Shown here: positions 20,306 to 30,847 of the stretch, one piece after another
Layout: every line of letters begins with the position of its first letter
How positions within the stretch are numbered: position 1 is the first letter of the stretch
Source of the DNA: a bacterium
Lineage (GTDB): Bacteria > UBP15 > UBA6099 > JAJRTR01
Length of the DNA stretch: 54,223 bases
Assembly: GCA_024278215.1 (NCBI GenBank)
Contig: JAJRTR010000026.1
Span: forward strand, 1 to 54,223
Direction: 5' to 3'
The notes under the pieces: model-generated
The model's database searches: none
Seen by the model: only the letters and a program-made list of their open reading frames with translations
Told to the model about the DNA's origin: nothing
Position numbers and translations under genes: made by a program

Positions 20306-21877
20306 ATGGGTAGGAATATTCTATTTATAACGACCGACCAGCAGCGCTTCGATTCGCTGGGGTGCAACGGAGGAAAGATCGCACGCACTCCTGTGGCCGA
20401 CAAACTGGCTGCGACAGGCATCAACTTTACGAGGGCAAACTGCAATAATCCTGTCTGCATGCCCGCGCGCACTACAATGTTTTGCGGGCAGCATCCGCTA
20501 ACACACGGTGTTACCTGTAATGGGATAAATTACTCGAGCGGTGAAAAGGGCATTGCCAGTTGGCTGAAACGTAAGGCGGGTTATAAATCTGCTCTTATTG
20601 GGAAATCGCATTTCGAACCCATGTATGATATTTTCATGAAATACAGGCAGAACCGGCTTGCTTTCGAGGGCTCGAACGGTCCATGGCTTGGTTTCGATTA
20701 TGTCGAACTCGCTCTCCACGGCCTGTACGGCGGCTCCCACTACACGAAATGGCTTATGGAGAATCATCCTGAGTATGCGAAGGGTTTCGCAATGGCTATC
20801 GGCGGCAAGGGCGGCGGCGACACAGGCGCGCCGGAAGTTATGCACAACCCGATCCCGCGCGAACTCTACCACACAGACTGGGTCGCAGACAGAACAATCG
20901 AACATCTGGACACGCTCGACGATGAAGACAACTGGTTTATATGGATGAGTTTCCCGGACCCGCACCATCCGTTCGACCCGCCGGCTCAGGAGCAGCGCAG
21001 AATCGACTGGCGCGAACTCGATCTGCCACCCGGCAATCCCGGCAGCGACGAAAAGATTCAGGAGATTCTGTCCGGGAAACCGCAACACTGGCTGGACTAC
21101 TACATGGGCCGCTTCTGCAATCCCGAAGGCACCCCTTCCGGGGTTGTGCCTCGCAATCTTACCGACGACCAGATAAGAGAAATAAATGCTGTGATACATG
21201 TCGAAAACGAATTGATAGACGAGGCGTGCGGTCGGGTGCTCAAGCATCTTGAAGGTAAAGGCTGGATGGAGAATACGGATGTGTTTTTCACCACCGATCA
21301 CGGCGACATGCAGGGCGATTTCGGCATGGTTTTCAAAGGGCCGTTCCATGTGGACTCGCTTTTGCACGTGCCGCTGATATATAAACCGGCGGTAACGGCG
21401 AATGTGAAACCTGTGCAGATCACTGATCCGGTTTCACAGGTGGATTTTGTGCCGACATTCTGCGACATCGCCGGTGTGCCCGCTCCTCCGTGGGTGCAGG
21501 GCCGGTCGCTGCCCCTGACGACCGACGACCGGCGAGAACGCGCGATCACTACCTGGGACAGCCAGTACAGGAGAGTGGGCATGCACCTGCGCACAATACA
21601 CCGCGACGGCTACACTCTCACATCTTATCTGCCGAGCACAAGGCGGGAAGGCGGCAGATTTCCGTTTATAGAAGCGATATGGGGAAGTTTCGGGAAAATC
21701 CCGCTGTATAAAGGGACGGAAGGCGAACTCTACGATCACCGGAACGACCCGCACCAGTGGCATAATCTTTGGGACGACCCGGGCTTCAAGTCAATAAAAT
21801 CAGACCTGCTGGCGGACCTCTATGATAACATGCCGCCTGCAAGAACACCGCCGAGGAAAGTCGTGACGCCTGTGTAG
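20306..21877 (+). CDS. Cys-type sulfatase (formylglycine-dependent), no signal peptide
   Basis: NILFITTDQQR, CMPAR (CxPxR), IGKSH, FPDPHHPF, TTDHGD, ELYD...DPHQWHNL. Confidence 0.93.
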   Translation: MGRNILFITTDQQRFDSLGCNGGKIARTPVADKLAATGINFTRANCNNPVCMPARTTMFCGQHPLTHGVTCNGINYSSGEKGIASWLKRKAGYKSALIGKSHFEPMYDIFMKYRQNRLAFEGSNGPWLGFDYVELALHGLYGGSHYTKWLMENHPEYAKGFAMAIGGKGGGDTGAPEVMHNPIPRELYHTDWVADRTIEHLDTLDDEDNWFIWMSFPDPHHPFDPPAQEQRRIDWRELDLPPGNPGSDEKIQEILSGKPQHWLDYYMGRFCNPEGTPSGVVPRNLTDDQIREINAVIHVENELIDEACGRVLKHLEGKGWMENTDVFFTTDHGDMQGDFGMVFKGPFHVDSLLHVPLIYKPAVTANVKPVQITDPVSQVDFVPTFCDIAGVPAPPWVQGRSLPLTTDDRRERAITTWDSQYRRVGMHLRTIHRDGYTLTSYLPSTRREGGRFPFIEAIWGSFGKIPLYKGTEGELYDHRNDPHQWHNLWDDPGFKSIKSDLLADLYDNMPPARTPPRKVVTPV

Positions 21878-21899
21878 GGCATGGCGCTCAACAGGTTCA

Positions 21900-23135
21900 A
21901 TGAACACGCGAAATGTTCCATTCTCATTATTGATAAAGCCTGCTTCGGCGGACTGCAATCTCCGTTGCGAATACTGCTTCTATCTTGATCGTTGCCGTAT
22001 ATACCCGGACTCGAATATCCATCGTATCAGTGATGACACTCTGGAGCGGCTTATCAGTTCCTATATGGCTACGCAACAGCCGCAGTACATTTTCGGCTGG
22101 CAGGGCGGCGAGCCAACACTGATGGGTGTGGACTTCTTTTGCAGGGTTGTCGAGTTGCAGCAGAAATACGGCAGGCCCGGCGCGGAGGTTGCCAACGGGC
22201 TACAGACAAACGCCACGCTGATAACCGATGAGATGGCCGAGCTGTTTGTCGAATACAACTTTCTTCTCGGTGTGAGTCTGGACGGCCCGGAGGAGATACA
22301 CAATAAATATCGTCGTATAAAAGGCGGCGGCGGCACACACGCGGATGTGATGAATTCTATCGAATGTTTGAAAAAACATAATGTCGAGTTCAATATACTT
22401 ACATTGGTTTCAGCGGCGAATGTGGGGCGGGTGGGTGACGTATATTCATATCTTGTCGACAATGGATTATACTTTCAACAGTACATCCCGTGCGTCGAGT
22501 TGGGTAAAAACGGCGACCTGCTGCCGTTCTCGATCACGGGCGCGCAGTGGGGCCAATTCCTGTGCGGCATTTTCGATCTCTGGAAAAGAAATGACCGGCG
22601 GCGCGTGTCCGTCAGATTTTTCGACGATGTGCTACGCGTGGTCCTGGACGATAAGCGCGATATATGCCGGCTGGGCAATGACTGCCGCCGCTATTTTGTT
22701 GTCGAGCATAACGGTGACGTATATCCATGCGATTTTTTTGTATATCCTGAATTGAAGCTCGGGAATATTGCGGATGATGCGTGGGAGAGTCTCTGGGATT
22801 CGACGTTGTTCATTGATTTTGGAAAGCGGAAAAACGAGTGGAATAGTGATTGCAACGACTGCGAATGGTGCGCGATATGCAACGGTGACTGCCTTAAGCA
22901 CAGGATGCCGGGCGGATGCGGCGATCCGCGCCGACTGAGCTGCTTATGTGAGGGATGGAAGATGTTTTTCGATCATGCGATGCCGACATTTAAGGAAATA
23001 GCGGATAAAATCCGGCGCGAACGGCGCAGAATCACGTCGGAACAGGAGAAAACACACGCTGCGGTCCCCGGCAGAAACGATTTGTGCCCGTGCGGCAGTG
23101 GAAAAAAATACAAGAAATGCTGCATCAGAAAGTGA
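21900..23135 (+). CDS. Anaerobic sulfatase maturase (radical SAM/SPASM) with C-terminal SEC-C motif
   Basis: IKPASADCNLRCEYCFY, WQGGEPTL, GDVYPCDF, SPASM cysteines, GRNDLCPCGSGKKYKKCC; adjacent to the sulfatase. Confidence 0.93.
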   Translation: MNTRNVPFSLLIKPASADCNLRCEYCFYLDRCRIYPDSNIHRISDDTLERLISSYMATQQPQYIFGWQGGEPTLMGVDFFCRVVELQQKYGRPGAEVANGLQTNATLITDEMAELFVEYNFLLGVSLDGPEEIHNKYRRIKGGGGTHADVMNSIECLKKHNVEFNILTLVSAANVGRVGDVYSYLVDNGLYFQQYIPCVELGKNGDLLPFSITGAQWGQFLCGIFDLWKRNDRRRVSVRFFDDVLRVVLDDKRDICRLGNDCRRYFVVEHNGDVYPCDFFVYPELKLGNIADDAWESLWDSTLFIDFGKRKNEWNSDCNDCEWCAICNGDCLKHRMPGGCGDPRRLSCLCEGWKMFFDHAMPTFKEIADKIRRERRRITSEQEKTHAAVPGRNDLCPCGSGKKYKKCCIRK

Positions 23136-23484
23136 AGTTCGCTGATAATATATGAAGACGACAACAGGTGCCGATTGTGTCGAGATTATCCGTAATATGA
23201 AGTTTGGCCAAAGCGGCGTTGCAGATTTCAGAGGGCTGGACCTCCGCAGGGGATCATTAACTATTGAGGCATTCAGTAATAAATCTATGATGTTTTGATA
23301 TTTGTACAGTACCATTGTTTTTCGCCTTTAGATACATGGAATAACTGATGGATTGGATTTAATGAAAATACATAAAAAACATGATAGAATGAAGGCACCA
23401 TATTTGTGAAGCCGGGCACTGAATACATATTGTGTTTGCATCAAATGCGGGAAAGAAAACGAAGTGAAATATCGGAGTCTCCTG

Positions 23485-24771
23485 ATGTCGGTATTTATCA
23501 AAAGAGTATCAATAGAAAACTACAAAAGCATTGCGAAATGCGTAGTTGATTTGCATCCGTTTACGATATTGGTTGGATTGAACGGTGCCGGAAAAAGCAA
23601 CTTTTTAGATGCGCTCGCTCTTGTGTCCGAATCTCTTCAAACATCACTCGAACATGCACTGAGAGAAAGAAGCGGAATAAAGGAAGTCCGCAGAAGATCA
23701 AGAGGACATCCACGTTATTTCGGTATACGTATTGAATTCGTTCTGCCGGATGAAAGAGAAGGTTTTTACGCTTTCAAAATCGGAACTTCGCATACTCATG
23801 GCTTCAGTGTTCAAAAGGAAGAATGTTTAATAAAACCTCTTTACAACAACAAACCGGACAATACCGGAGAACTGTTTGAAGACGACACTTCATGTTCGCT
23901 GCCGAAGCACCTCCTTGAGACGACACACTTTCTTATTGAAAACGGGAAGCGCAAAAAAGGCGAAAAGTACTATCCGCAGGAAATCGAACCCGATCGTTTG
24001 TATTTACCGCTGGTTTCTGCTTTCCCACAGTTTCGCAGCATTTATAAAATGTTGGCTGGAATGGGTTTTTATAATTTGAGTCCCGATGCTATAAGAAAAC
24101 CGCAAAAGCCCGACGAGGGAAAAATTCTTGCGCGTGACGGAAGCAACATCACAAGCGTGATAAACAAACTCAAACGACCGGAACTGGTGGAACTGAAAAA
24201 ACGTATGTTTCATTACCTGGAATCGATTGTCCCCGGAATATCGTCTGTCGAAACAAAAAATCTTGGCTCTCTGGAAACACTTGTTTTTAGACAGAAAGTT
24301 GCAGGTGATAATAACGATTGGAGATTCTATGCGGGGAATATTTCAGATGGAACATTGAGGACACTCGGGATTCTAGTCGCAGCATTTCAGGCACATTTCC
24401 GATACGAAGATAGATCAGTCTCGCTGATCGGAATAGAGGAACCGGAAATCGCAATCCATCCGGGTGCTGCTGTCAAAATAGCGGATGCCCTTTTTGAAGC
24501 TTCGGAACGTGTCCAGGTAATAATAACAACCCACAGCCCCGACCTTCTCGACCACGAAAATATACGCAAACAACCCGAACACATACTCTGTGTCTCAATG
24601 GAGGAGGGGAATACGACAATTTCCGCTGTTGATGAGGTGAGTCTGGGGGTAATTAAGGATAACTTGTACTCGCCGGGCGAACTCCTCCGTATGGATCAAA
24701 TCGAATCGAATAGAGAATCATTCGAGACTTCCATTGAGCAACTCAATTTATTCGATAAAGACTTATCATGA
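23485..24771 (+). CDS. ABC-type ATPase (AAA_21-like)
   Basis: IENYKSI, Walker A GLNGAGKSN, signature ISDGT, Walker B IGIEEPE, H-loop ITTHSP. Confidence 0.9.
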   Translation: MSVFIKRVSIENYKSIAKCVVDLHPFTILVGLNGAGKSNFLDALALVSESLQTSLEHALRERSGIKEVRRRSRGHPRYFGIRIEFVLPDEREGFYAFKIGTSHTHGFSVQKEECLIKPLYNNKPDNTGELFEDDTSCSLPKHLLETTHFLIENGKRKKGEKYYPQEIEPDRLYLPLVSAFPQFRSIYKMLAGMGFYNLSPDAIRKPQKPDEGKILARDGSNITSVINKLKRPELVELKKRMFHYLESIVPGISSVETKNLGSLETLVFRQKVAGDNNDWRFYAGNISDGTLRTLGILVAAFQAHFRYEDRSVSLIGIEEPEIAIHPGAAVKIADALFEASERVQVIITTHSPDLLDHENIRKQPEHILCVSMEEGNTTISAVDEVSLGVIKDNLYSPGELLRMDQIESNRESFETSIEQLNLFDKDLS

Positions 24772-25385
24772 ATAATCCAGTAATTATCAGTATTGTCGAA
24801 GGACAGGGCGATGCGACCGCTGTTCCTCTGTTGTTGAGGAGGATCCTTGGGGAGGAGTTTGGTCGATATGATGTTAAAATCAAAAAACCTATCATCGAGC
24901 ACCGCGGTAATCTGGTTAAAAAAGATAAACTATCAAGAGCTGTAGAAATGGCTGCAAGAAAGATCGTTGCCTGCGGTACCGGGTGTATCCTGATACTGTT
25001 CGATGCGGATAAGGATTGTCCGGGCAAACTGGCACCGCGAATATTACGCATGGCGAAGGACGCAAGAAGTGACATGAACATAAGTGTTGTAATTGTAAAA
25101 AAGGAATATGAAGCCTGGCTTGTTGCGTCAATGGAAACATTGTCTGAAAATGTGGTGAACGGAATTATCGAACACTCTAAAAAAGCTGAAGAGATCAGTG
25201 ACCCGAAGTATTTCTTGAAAGATTCGCTGGGACAATATACCCCGACAGTGGACCAGGCAAGGTTGACTGCAAAGATCGATATTCGGATAGTGCGGGAGAG
25301 ATGCCCGTCGTTTGACAAATTATGGAGAGAATTGGAGTCGTTTTGTGACAGACATTATGTAAATGATACAGGACGGCAAGAATAA
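24768..25385 (+). CDS. DUF4276-like TOPRIM-fold protein, partner of the ATPase
   Basis: IVEGQGD, ILFDAD (DxD), EYEAW, CPSFDKL; ATGA overlap with the ATPase gene. Confidence 0.8.
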   Translation: MNNPVIISIVEGQGDATAVPLLLRRILGEEFGRYDVKIKKPIIEHRGNLVKKDKLSRAVEMAARKIVACGTGCILILFDADKDCPGKLAPRILRMAKDARSDMNISVVIVKKEYEAWLVASMETLSENVVNGIIEHSKKAEEISDPKYFLKDSLGQYTPTVDQARLTAKIDIRIVRERCPSFDKLWRELESFCDRHYVNDTGRQE

Positions 25386-25498
25386 GTTAATGATCCTGTG
25401 CGAATTCGGTTGTCTCTTATATTTATGAACAAGTTTCGCAGGTTTAGCGCTTGGCACCGTAGCTGTCCCGTGCGACTTTGAAAGAGGAGTCGAGTAAG

Positions 25499-26533
25499 AT
25501 GAAAAGAATCGGAATGATATATTCGGACCGCTATCTCGAACATGATACCGGCAGCCATGTGGAAAATATAGAACGTCTGAGGTCCATCAGGAGTCACCTG
25601 CTCGAGCAGGACTGGGCGGACGACATCGAGTGGGTCGAGCCGCGCGAGGCGACTGTCGACGAGGTCGCGCTCGTTCACTCGAAAGAATACATGAATTATG
25701 TAAAAAACGCCTGTGCCGGTGTGCGCGGAATCAGCTATCTGAATCCCGACACGGCGGTGAGCCGCGAGAGCTACGACGTGGCTCTGCTGGCAGCCGGGGG
25801 TGCGCTGGAAGGAATCGACCGCGTGATGGACGGGCGCCTCGACGGCTTTTTCGGTCTTGTGCGTCCACCGGGCCACCATGCCGAACATGGCGAATCGCTT
25901 GGCTTTTGTCTTTTTAACAATGTTGCTGTCGGTGCGCTTTATGCACGGCAGAAGTTCGGCGTCGAACGTGTATTCATCCTCGACTGGGACGTACATCACG
26001 GTAATGGCACACAGCATTCTTTTGAGAATGACGCAAGTGTTTTCTATTGCTCTCTGCACCAGTACCCACATTACCCGGGCACAGGTGCCAGGGACGAAAT
26101 GGGCGTTGGGAGCGGCACCGGCTTCACGCTGAACTTACCGATGCGCACCGGAAGCGAGGATGCCGACTATATGTATCTCTACAAAGAAGTGATCACAAAA
26201 GCCATCAGGAAATATGAGCCGCAACTACTGCTGATTTCTGCCGGCTACGATGCGCACCGGAGCGACCCACTGAGCGGAGTTATGCTGAGCGACGAGTGTT
26301 TCGGCGCCATGATGGATTCACTCGCACGCGCCGCCGGACCCGGCTGCCGGGTCGGTCTGCTGCTCGAGGGCGGCTACAACCTCGCGGCGCTGGCTCGTTC
26401 AGTGACAGAGACGGTGGGTGTTTTCGGAGAATACATTGCGCCTGCCGATATCCGTGGTTCGGCCTCACCGGCGGCGCTCGGACTCGGTCAGTTCATTAAG
26501 AATGAGCATCCCTTTTTCAAGGATATGGATTAA
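25499..26533 (+). CDS. Histone deacetylase family (AcuC/AphA-like) amidohydrolase
   Basis: RPPGHHA, GFCLFNN, DWDVHHGNGT, SAGYDAH..DPL, LEGGY. Confidence 0.95.
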   Translation: MKRIGMIYSDRYLEHDTGSHVENIERLRSIRSHLLEQDWADDIEWVEPREATVDEVALVHSKEYMNYVKNACAGVRGISYLNPDTAVSRESYDVALLAAGGALEGIDRVMDGRLDGFFGLVRPPGHHAEHGESLGFCLFNNVAVGALYARQKFGVERVFILDWDVHHGNGTQHSFENDASVFYCSLHQYPHYPGTGARDEMGVGSGTGFTLNLPMRTGSEDADYMYLYKEVITKAIRKYEPQLLLISAGYDAHRSDPLSGVMLSDECFGAMMDSLARAAGPGCRVGLLLEGGYNLAALARSVTETVGVFGEYIAPADIRGSASPAALGLGQFIKNEHPFFKDMD

Positions 26534-26555
26534 GGCGGCACGGAGGCCACGATAA

Positions 26556-27467
26556 ATGAGAGTTGTTATGCTTGGGACAAGCGGCGGACAGCCGACTCCG
26601 CGCAGGTCTCTGCCCGCGGTGGCGATTATTCGTGAGGGTGAGATGATCCTGCTCGACTGCGGTGAGGGCACCCAGACACAAATAATGAAAAAGGGGATCG
26701 GCTTCGGCAGACTGTCGAAAATTGTTATTACACATATTCACGGAGATCATCTTTCGGGACTCATGGGCCTTTTTATGACACTTTCGCTGCTAGGCCATGA
26801 GAAACCTATCCGGCTTTACGGACCGCCGGCGCTGCTCGGTTTTTTCACGTCGCTTAAAAGGGACATAAATCTGCATGTAAAGTTTCCTCTGGATATAGAA
26901 GTGCTGAAGCAGGGCGTGTTCGCGCGTGAAAACGATTATCATCTCGAAGCCGTGTCCGTGCCGCATTCAGCGCCTTGCATGGCTGTCGCGCTGCAGGAAA
27001 AGATGCGCCCCGGACGTTTCAATATCGAGCGTGCCCGTGAACTCGGCATCCCCGAAGGTCCGCTCTACAGCCGTCTCCAGCACGGCGAGACGATAACGCT
27101 GGACGACGGTCGGCGTATTTCACCTGCGGAAGTGCTCGGCGAACCACGAAAAGCGCGCAGGGTGGCCTATGTGACCGATACTCTTTATAATCCCGCGATT
27201 GTGCCGTTCTGCCGCGATGCCGATCTGCTGATACACGAGTCTATGTTCGCAACCGATATGGAGCACGAAGCGAGAGCGCGAAAACATTGCACGGCCGCAC
27301 AGGCTGCGACAATAGCAAAAGCGGCGGGCGTGCGCAAACTTGTCCTGACTCACGTAAGTGCAAGATACCTCGACACTGATCCGCTGAGAAAAGAGGCGCG
27401 GGCGATCTTTCCCGAAACATACATAGCACGCGACCTGATGGAATTCGAAGTGCCGTACAGGGACTGA
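26556..27467 (+). CDS. rnz: Ribonuclease Z
   Basis: LGTSGGQPTPRR, DCGEGTQ, THIHGDH, GIPEGP exosite arm, THVSARY. Confidence 0.95.
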   Translation: MRVVMLGTSGGQPTPRRSLPAVAIIREGEMILLDCGEGTQTQIMKKGIGFGRLSKIVITHIHGDHLSGLMGLFMTLSLLGHEKPIRLYGPPALLGFFTSLKRDINLHVKFPLDIEVLKQGVFARENDYHLEAVSVPHSAPCMAVALQEKMRPGRFNIERARELGIPEGPLYSRLQHGETITLDDGRRISPAEVLGEPRKARRVAYVTDTLYNPAIVPFCRDADLLIHESMFATDMEHEARARKHCTAAQAATIAKAAGVRKLVLTHVSARYLDTDPLRKEARAIFPETYIARDLMEFEVPYRD

Positions 27468-27522
27468 CGGACAATTGCAACTCATTGTTACGATGCACTG
27501 TGGATAGAATAAGGATAAAGAA

Positions 27523-28536
27523 ATGTCGTCGAAAAGCAACAAGAATAAAGACGAGGACGCCCTGATCGAGATGATGCGAGCGCAGCTTGGCTCGCCGTCG
27601 CGGCACGCGGTGCTGGGCATGGGAGACGACGCGGCGATTCTCGCGCCGCCTTCCGCGGGCCACGAGATTCTTATCACAACGGACCTGCTCGTCGAGGGCA
27701 CACATTTCAAACTCGAATGGTCTTCGCCGTACCAGGCCGGTTGGAAAGCAATGGCGGCAAGTGTGAGCGATATTGCCGCTATGGGGGGGCGGCCCACTTA
27801 TGCCGTTGTCTCCATCGGAGTGCGTGCGCGAAATCGGGCAAACTTTATACGGGGCATGTACGATGGAATAAAAGCGGCTGCAGAGCGCTACCGCGTGGCA
27901 GTTGTGGGCGGCGACACGGTGCGGTCGGACCGCACTGTAATAAATGTTACAATGCTTGGCGAGGCGGCGACGGGCGCGGCTGTCAGGCGATGTTTCGCAA
28001 AGCCCGGAGATTATATTTATGTGACCGGCGTGTGTGGAGACAGCGCGGCCGGCTTTGAAATATTGTCGCGCAAAGAAAAAAAAACGGATATCAGAAATGA
28101 GATCGAACTTATCAGACGACATCTCGCACCCGAGCCCGTGCCGGAGGCGGGAATAGCGGCAGCGGCATCGGGCGCGGCGGCGGCAATGATGGACCTCAGC
28201 GACGGCCTCGCGATCGACCTGCCACGCATGATGAAATCGAGTTCGTGCGGCGCAATTGTGCGGACCGGCGATATCCCCGTGTCGAAAGAGCTGGTTCGAT
28301 ATTGCCGCAAAAACGAAAAAGACCCGCTGGACTTTGCCCTCAGGGGCGGCGAGGATTTTAACCTGCTTATTGCCGCCCGGCCCGCCCTTGCGGAGATACT
28401 CGAAGCCGCTGTCGAAGGTGCTGGTGTGTCTGCGCATCGCATCGGCGAAGTGACCGATACCGCCGTCGGAATAATGTTGCAGAACGGCGACGGCAAGCTG
28501 TTTCCCTATAAAGCGGACTCTTTCAAGCATTTCTAG
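27523..28536 (+). CDS. thiL: Thiamine-monophosphate kinase
   Basis: GMGDDAA, TDLLVEGTHF, SDIAAMGG, GGDT, DLSDGL, GGEDF. Confidence 0.95.
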   Translation: MSSKSNKNKDEDALIEMMRAQLGSPSRHAVLGMGDDAAILAPPSAGHEILITTDLLVEGTHFKLEWSSPYQAGWKAMAASVSDIAAMGGRPTYAVVSIGVRARNRANFIRGMYDGIKAAAERYRVAVVGGDTVRSDRTVINVTMLGEAATGAAVRRCFAKPGDYIYVTGVCGDSAAGFEILSRKEKKTDIRNEIELIRRHLAPEPVPEAGIAAAASGAAAAMMDLSDGLAIDLPRMMKSSSCGAIVRTGDIPVSKELVRYCRKNEKDPLDFALRGGEDFNLLIAARPALAEILEAAVEGAGVSAHRIGEVTDTAVGIMLQNGDGKLFPYKADSFKHF

Positions 28537-28570
28537 TCGAAAAGGTATTCGTTTTTATCAATAACTATAA

Positions 28571-29620
28571 ATGGGCAACAATAAAACAAAAGGCATTCCG
28601 GTCCTGATCCTGTTCAGCCTGATACCCGTGATAGTTCTGTTGGCTATACTCGAGGTCGGCGCACGGCTGCTGCCGCCTGTCGCGTACAATCCGGCGGCGA
28701 CCGGTTTCATGGGTGGCGGCGGCGCGTTGTTTCGGGAAGACCCTTTGCTGATGTGGCGCGCGCGGCCCAACATGAAAGGTCGCCAGTCGACAAATTCAGG
28801 CGGTTTCAGGGACGACGAATTCTCTAAAAAAAGGAAAAAGAATGAAGTCAGGGTGTTGCTGCTAGGCGATTCTACAACATGGGGATGGGGAGTCGCTGAA
28901 AAAGATATGTACGCAGCGGTTATGGAAAGCGTGCTTGACAATTCGGGTGCGGGAAAAGATTTCAATATTATAGACGGCGGGATGCCGGGTTACTCCGCTT
29001 TTCAGGGACGCTTGCTGCTCGATACGGAACTTGGTGAGTTGCAGCCCGATTTTGTGATTACCTATTTCGGAGTGAACGACAGTCACGCGCGGCCCGGACT
29101 TACTCCCGATAAAGATATTAAACGTGCTCCCGTGAAACTGCTCGGTGCGGTGCGACTGTTGCGCAAAAGCAGGTTCTACAATGACATGAGAAAACTGGCC
29201 GACCGCGCTCGCGAATCGGCAAAGGCGGGAGAAAGCGGAAGCGGCGTTATAAAAAGAAGGCTTTCGCCGGAAGATTTCAGGACGGCAATGGACGGTATAT
29301 CTGCGGATTGCGATAAAATCGGCGCGACTCTTATCAGCATGAATCCCGTCTGGTTCTTCAATGGCCGTGTCAGGGACGACGTCTCGAGGATTCTTTTTAC
29401 CGATAAAGGAACAATTGTAGAATACTCGGGCGGCAACCCTGTTTACAGCTACGAGCCTGCGGCATGGGATACGCAAAAGGTGTTAACGCAAAACCCCGGC
29501 ATTCCGCCTGAAGCGCTGTTCCTCGATTACTGCCATTTCTCTCCTTATGCGCATCGGATGGTGGGGTTAAGTCTTGCGGAAACTGTTCTTGCAAAAATTG
29601 CAGTATCAAAAATAAAATGA
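28571..29620 (+). CDS. Membrane-anchored SGNH/GDSL hydrolase
   Basis: N-terminal TM helix; LGDS, GYS, GVND and DYCH blocks. Confidence 0.85.
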   Translation: MGNNKTKGIPVLILFSLIPVIVLLAILEVGARLLPPVAYNPAATGFMGGGGALFREDPLLMWRARPNMKGRQSTNSGGFRDDEFSKKRKKNEVRVLLLGDSTTWGWGVAEKDMYAAVMESVLDNSGAGKDFNIIDGGMPGYSAFQGRLLLDTELGELQPDFVITYFGVNDSHARPGLTPDKDIKRAPVKLLGAVRLLRKSRFYNDMRKLADRARESAKAGESGSGVIKRRLSPEDFRTAMDGISADCDKIGATLISMNPVWFFNGRVRDDVSRILFTDKGTIVEYSGGNPVYSYEPAAWDTQKVLTQNPGIPPEALFLDYCHFSPYAHRMVGLSLAETVLAKIAVSKIK

Positions 29621-29623
29621 CTA

Positions 29624-30043
29624 TCACCCAGTTTTATTGATCGTACCGTTTGCAAGATCATCGATAGTGCGGCTACCGAGTTTTTCCCTGATTCCATCAT
29701 TTACATCCATCCACAGTTCATGGCAATTACAGAATTCAGTTCTGTCGCATTGATGATCATCGATAATGCAGTCGATTATGCTTATCGGCCCTTCGATAGC
29801 CTCGACGACCTCGAGTATTGTTATTTCCCTGCCCGGCCTGGCAAGTTTGTAGCCGCCGTGCATTCCCCATACACTCTTTAGAAGCTGTGCGTTTTTGAGC
29901 AGTGTGGCAAGTTGAGAAAGGTATCTTTGAGAAAGATTTTGCCGTTCAGCGACATCTTTGATCGGGACAGTTTCACCGTTTCCGTGTTTATGTATGTCTG
30001 CCATCAATCGTACCGCATATCTTGCTTTTGTGTTTAACTTCAT
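29624..30043 (-). CDS. Rrf2 family transcriptional regulator (Fe-S type)
   Basis: KARYAVRLM, YLSQL, GGYKLAR, EAIEG; Cys cluster CIIDDHQCDRTEFCNC. Confidence 0.92.
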   Translation of the reverse strand: MKLNTKARYAVRLMADIHKHGNGETVPIKDVAERQNLSQRYLSQLATLLKNAQLLKSVWGMHGGYKLARPGREITILEVVEAIEGPISIIDCIIDDHQCDRTEFCNCHELWMDVNDGIREKLGSRTIDDLANGTINKTG

Positions 30044-30266
30044 GCCCTTACACCGACAACCCTTTCAGGATACGTTTTTATGCCGTCCGTGCCAACATTG
30101 CTATTATAGCGAGTGCAATCGAAATATGAAGCATTCATGCAATTTGAATGTTGTGTATAAACTGCTTGGCACAAGTGCATACGGGAAAAAGTTATTTTGA
30201 ACCTAAATACCATATAGATATAGTATGATATAGAGAAAGTGCGACAAACAAAAAGGGATACTACCA

Positions 30267-30683
30267 ATGAATATGATGACGAAGGAACAGGCACGTGAAT
30301 TCGCCGCAGAATGGCTTCCGGCATGGACGGGAAACGATCCGGAGAAGCTGGCGGACTTTTATTCGGACGATGTTTTTTTCCTCGACCCGGTGATACCGGA
30401 CGGAGTTAAGGGTAAAGAAGCGCTGCTTGGCTACTTTCGAAAGCTGCTGGCGAATAATCCGGACTGGGTGTGGACTCAGATAGAAGGCATACCGATGGAA
30501 GATGGTTTCCTGAACAAGTGGCATGCTTCGATCCCGATAGGTACGAAAACATTTGATTGTGTCGGCGTCTGCTTCGTTAAGTTTGACGATGCCGGGAAGA
30601 TAAAGCGAAACGAAGTGTATTTCGACCAGAGTGAATTGGTTGCTGAAATCATAAGGCTGAAAAAGAATGCGAAACAGCAATAA
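30267..30683 (+). CDS. SnoaL/NTF2-like protein
   Basis: WLPAW...FYSDDVFFLDP..GKEAL..YF; GKIKRNEVYFD. Confidence 0.85.
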   Translation: MNMMTKEQAREFAAEWLPAWTGNDPEKLADFYSDDVFFLDPVIPDGVKGKEALLGYFRKLLANNPDWVWTQIEGIPMEDGFLNKWHASIPIGTKTFDCVGVCFVKFDDAGKIKRNEVYFDQSELVAEIIRLKKNAKQQ

Positions 30684-30847
30684 TATGATCACCTTTCTTT
30701 CTTCACAACCAAATTGAGACAGTGGAATCAGGCTGGTATAATCCAGTGTCGTGTCAACGCTGAAAAGATGTAAGGGAATAAAGAGCAGAATGAACAGGAA
30801 TTTGTCTTTGAGAAGTTGACACGACACCATGCAGAAAGGTGCCCCGG

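Noticed and set aside
23152-23298. 48-codon ORF or retron ncRNA upstream of the ATPase-TOPRIM pair
   Set aside because: No recognisable motif or RBS; no reverse transcriptase in the window and no clear msr-msd inverted repeats.
27241-28530. 429-aa antisense ORF over thiL, and similar long shadow ORFs over lon, valS and the FG-GAP gene
   Set aside because: Fully overlap well-supported genes; explained by codon bias; no motifs.
30167-30181. Sigma54 promoter (TTGGCAC...TGCA)
   Set aside because: GG-to-GC spacing is shorter than the strict -24/-12 requirement.
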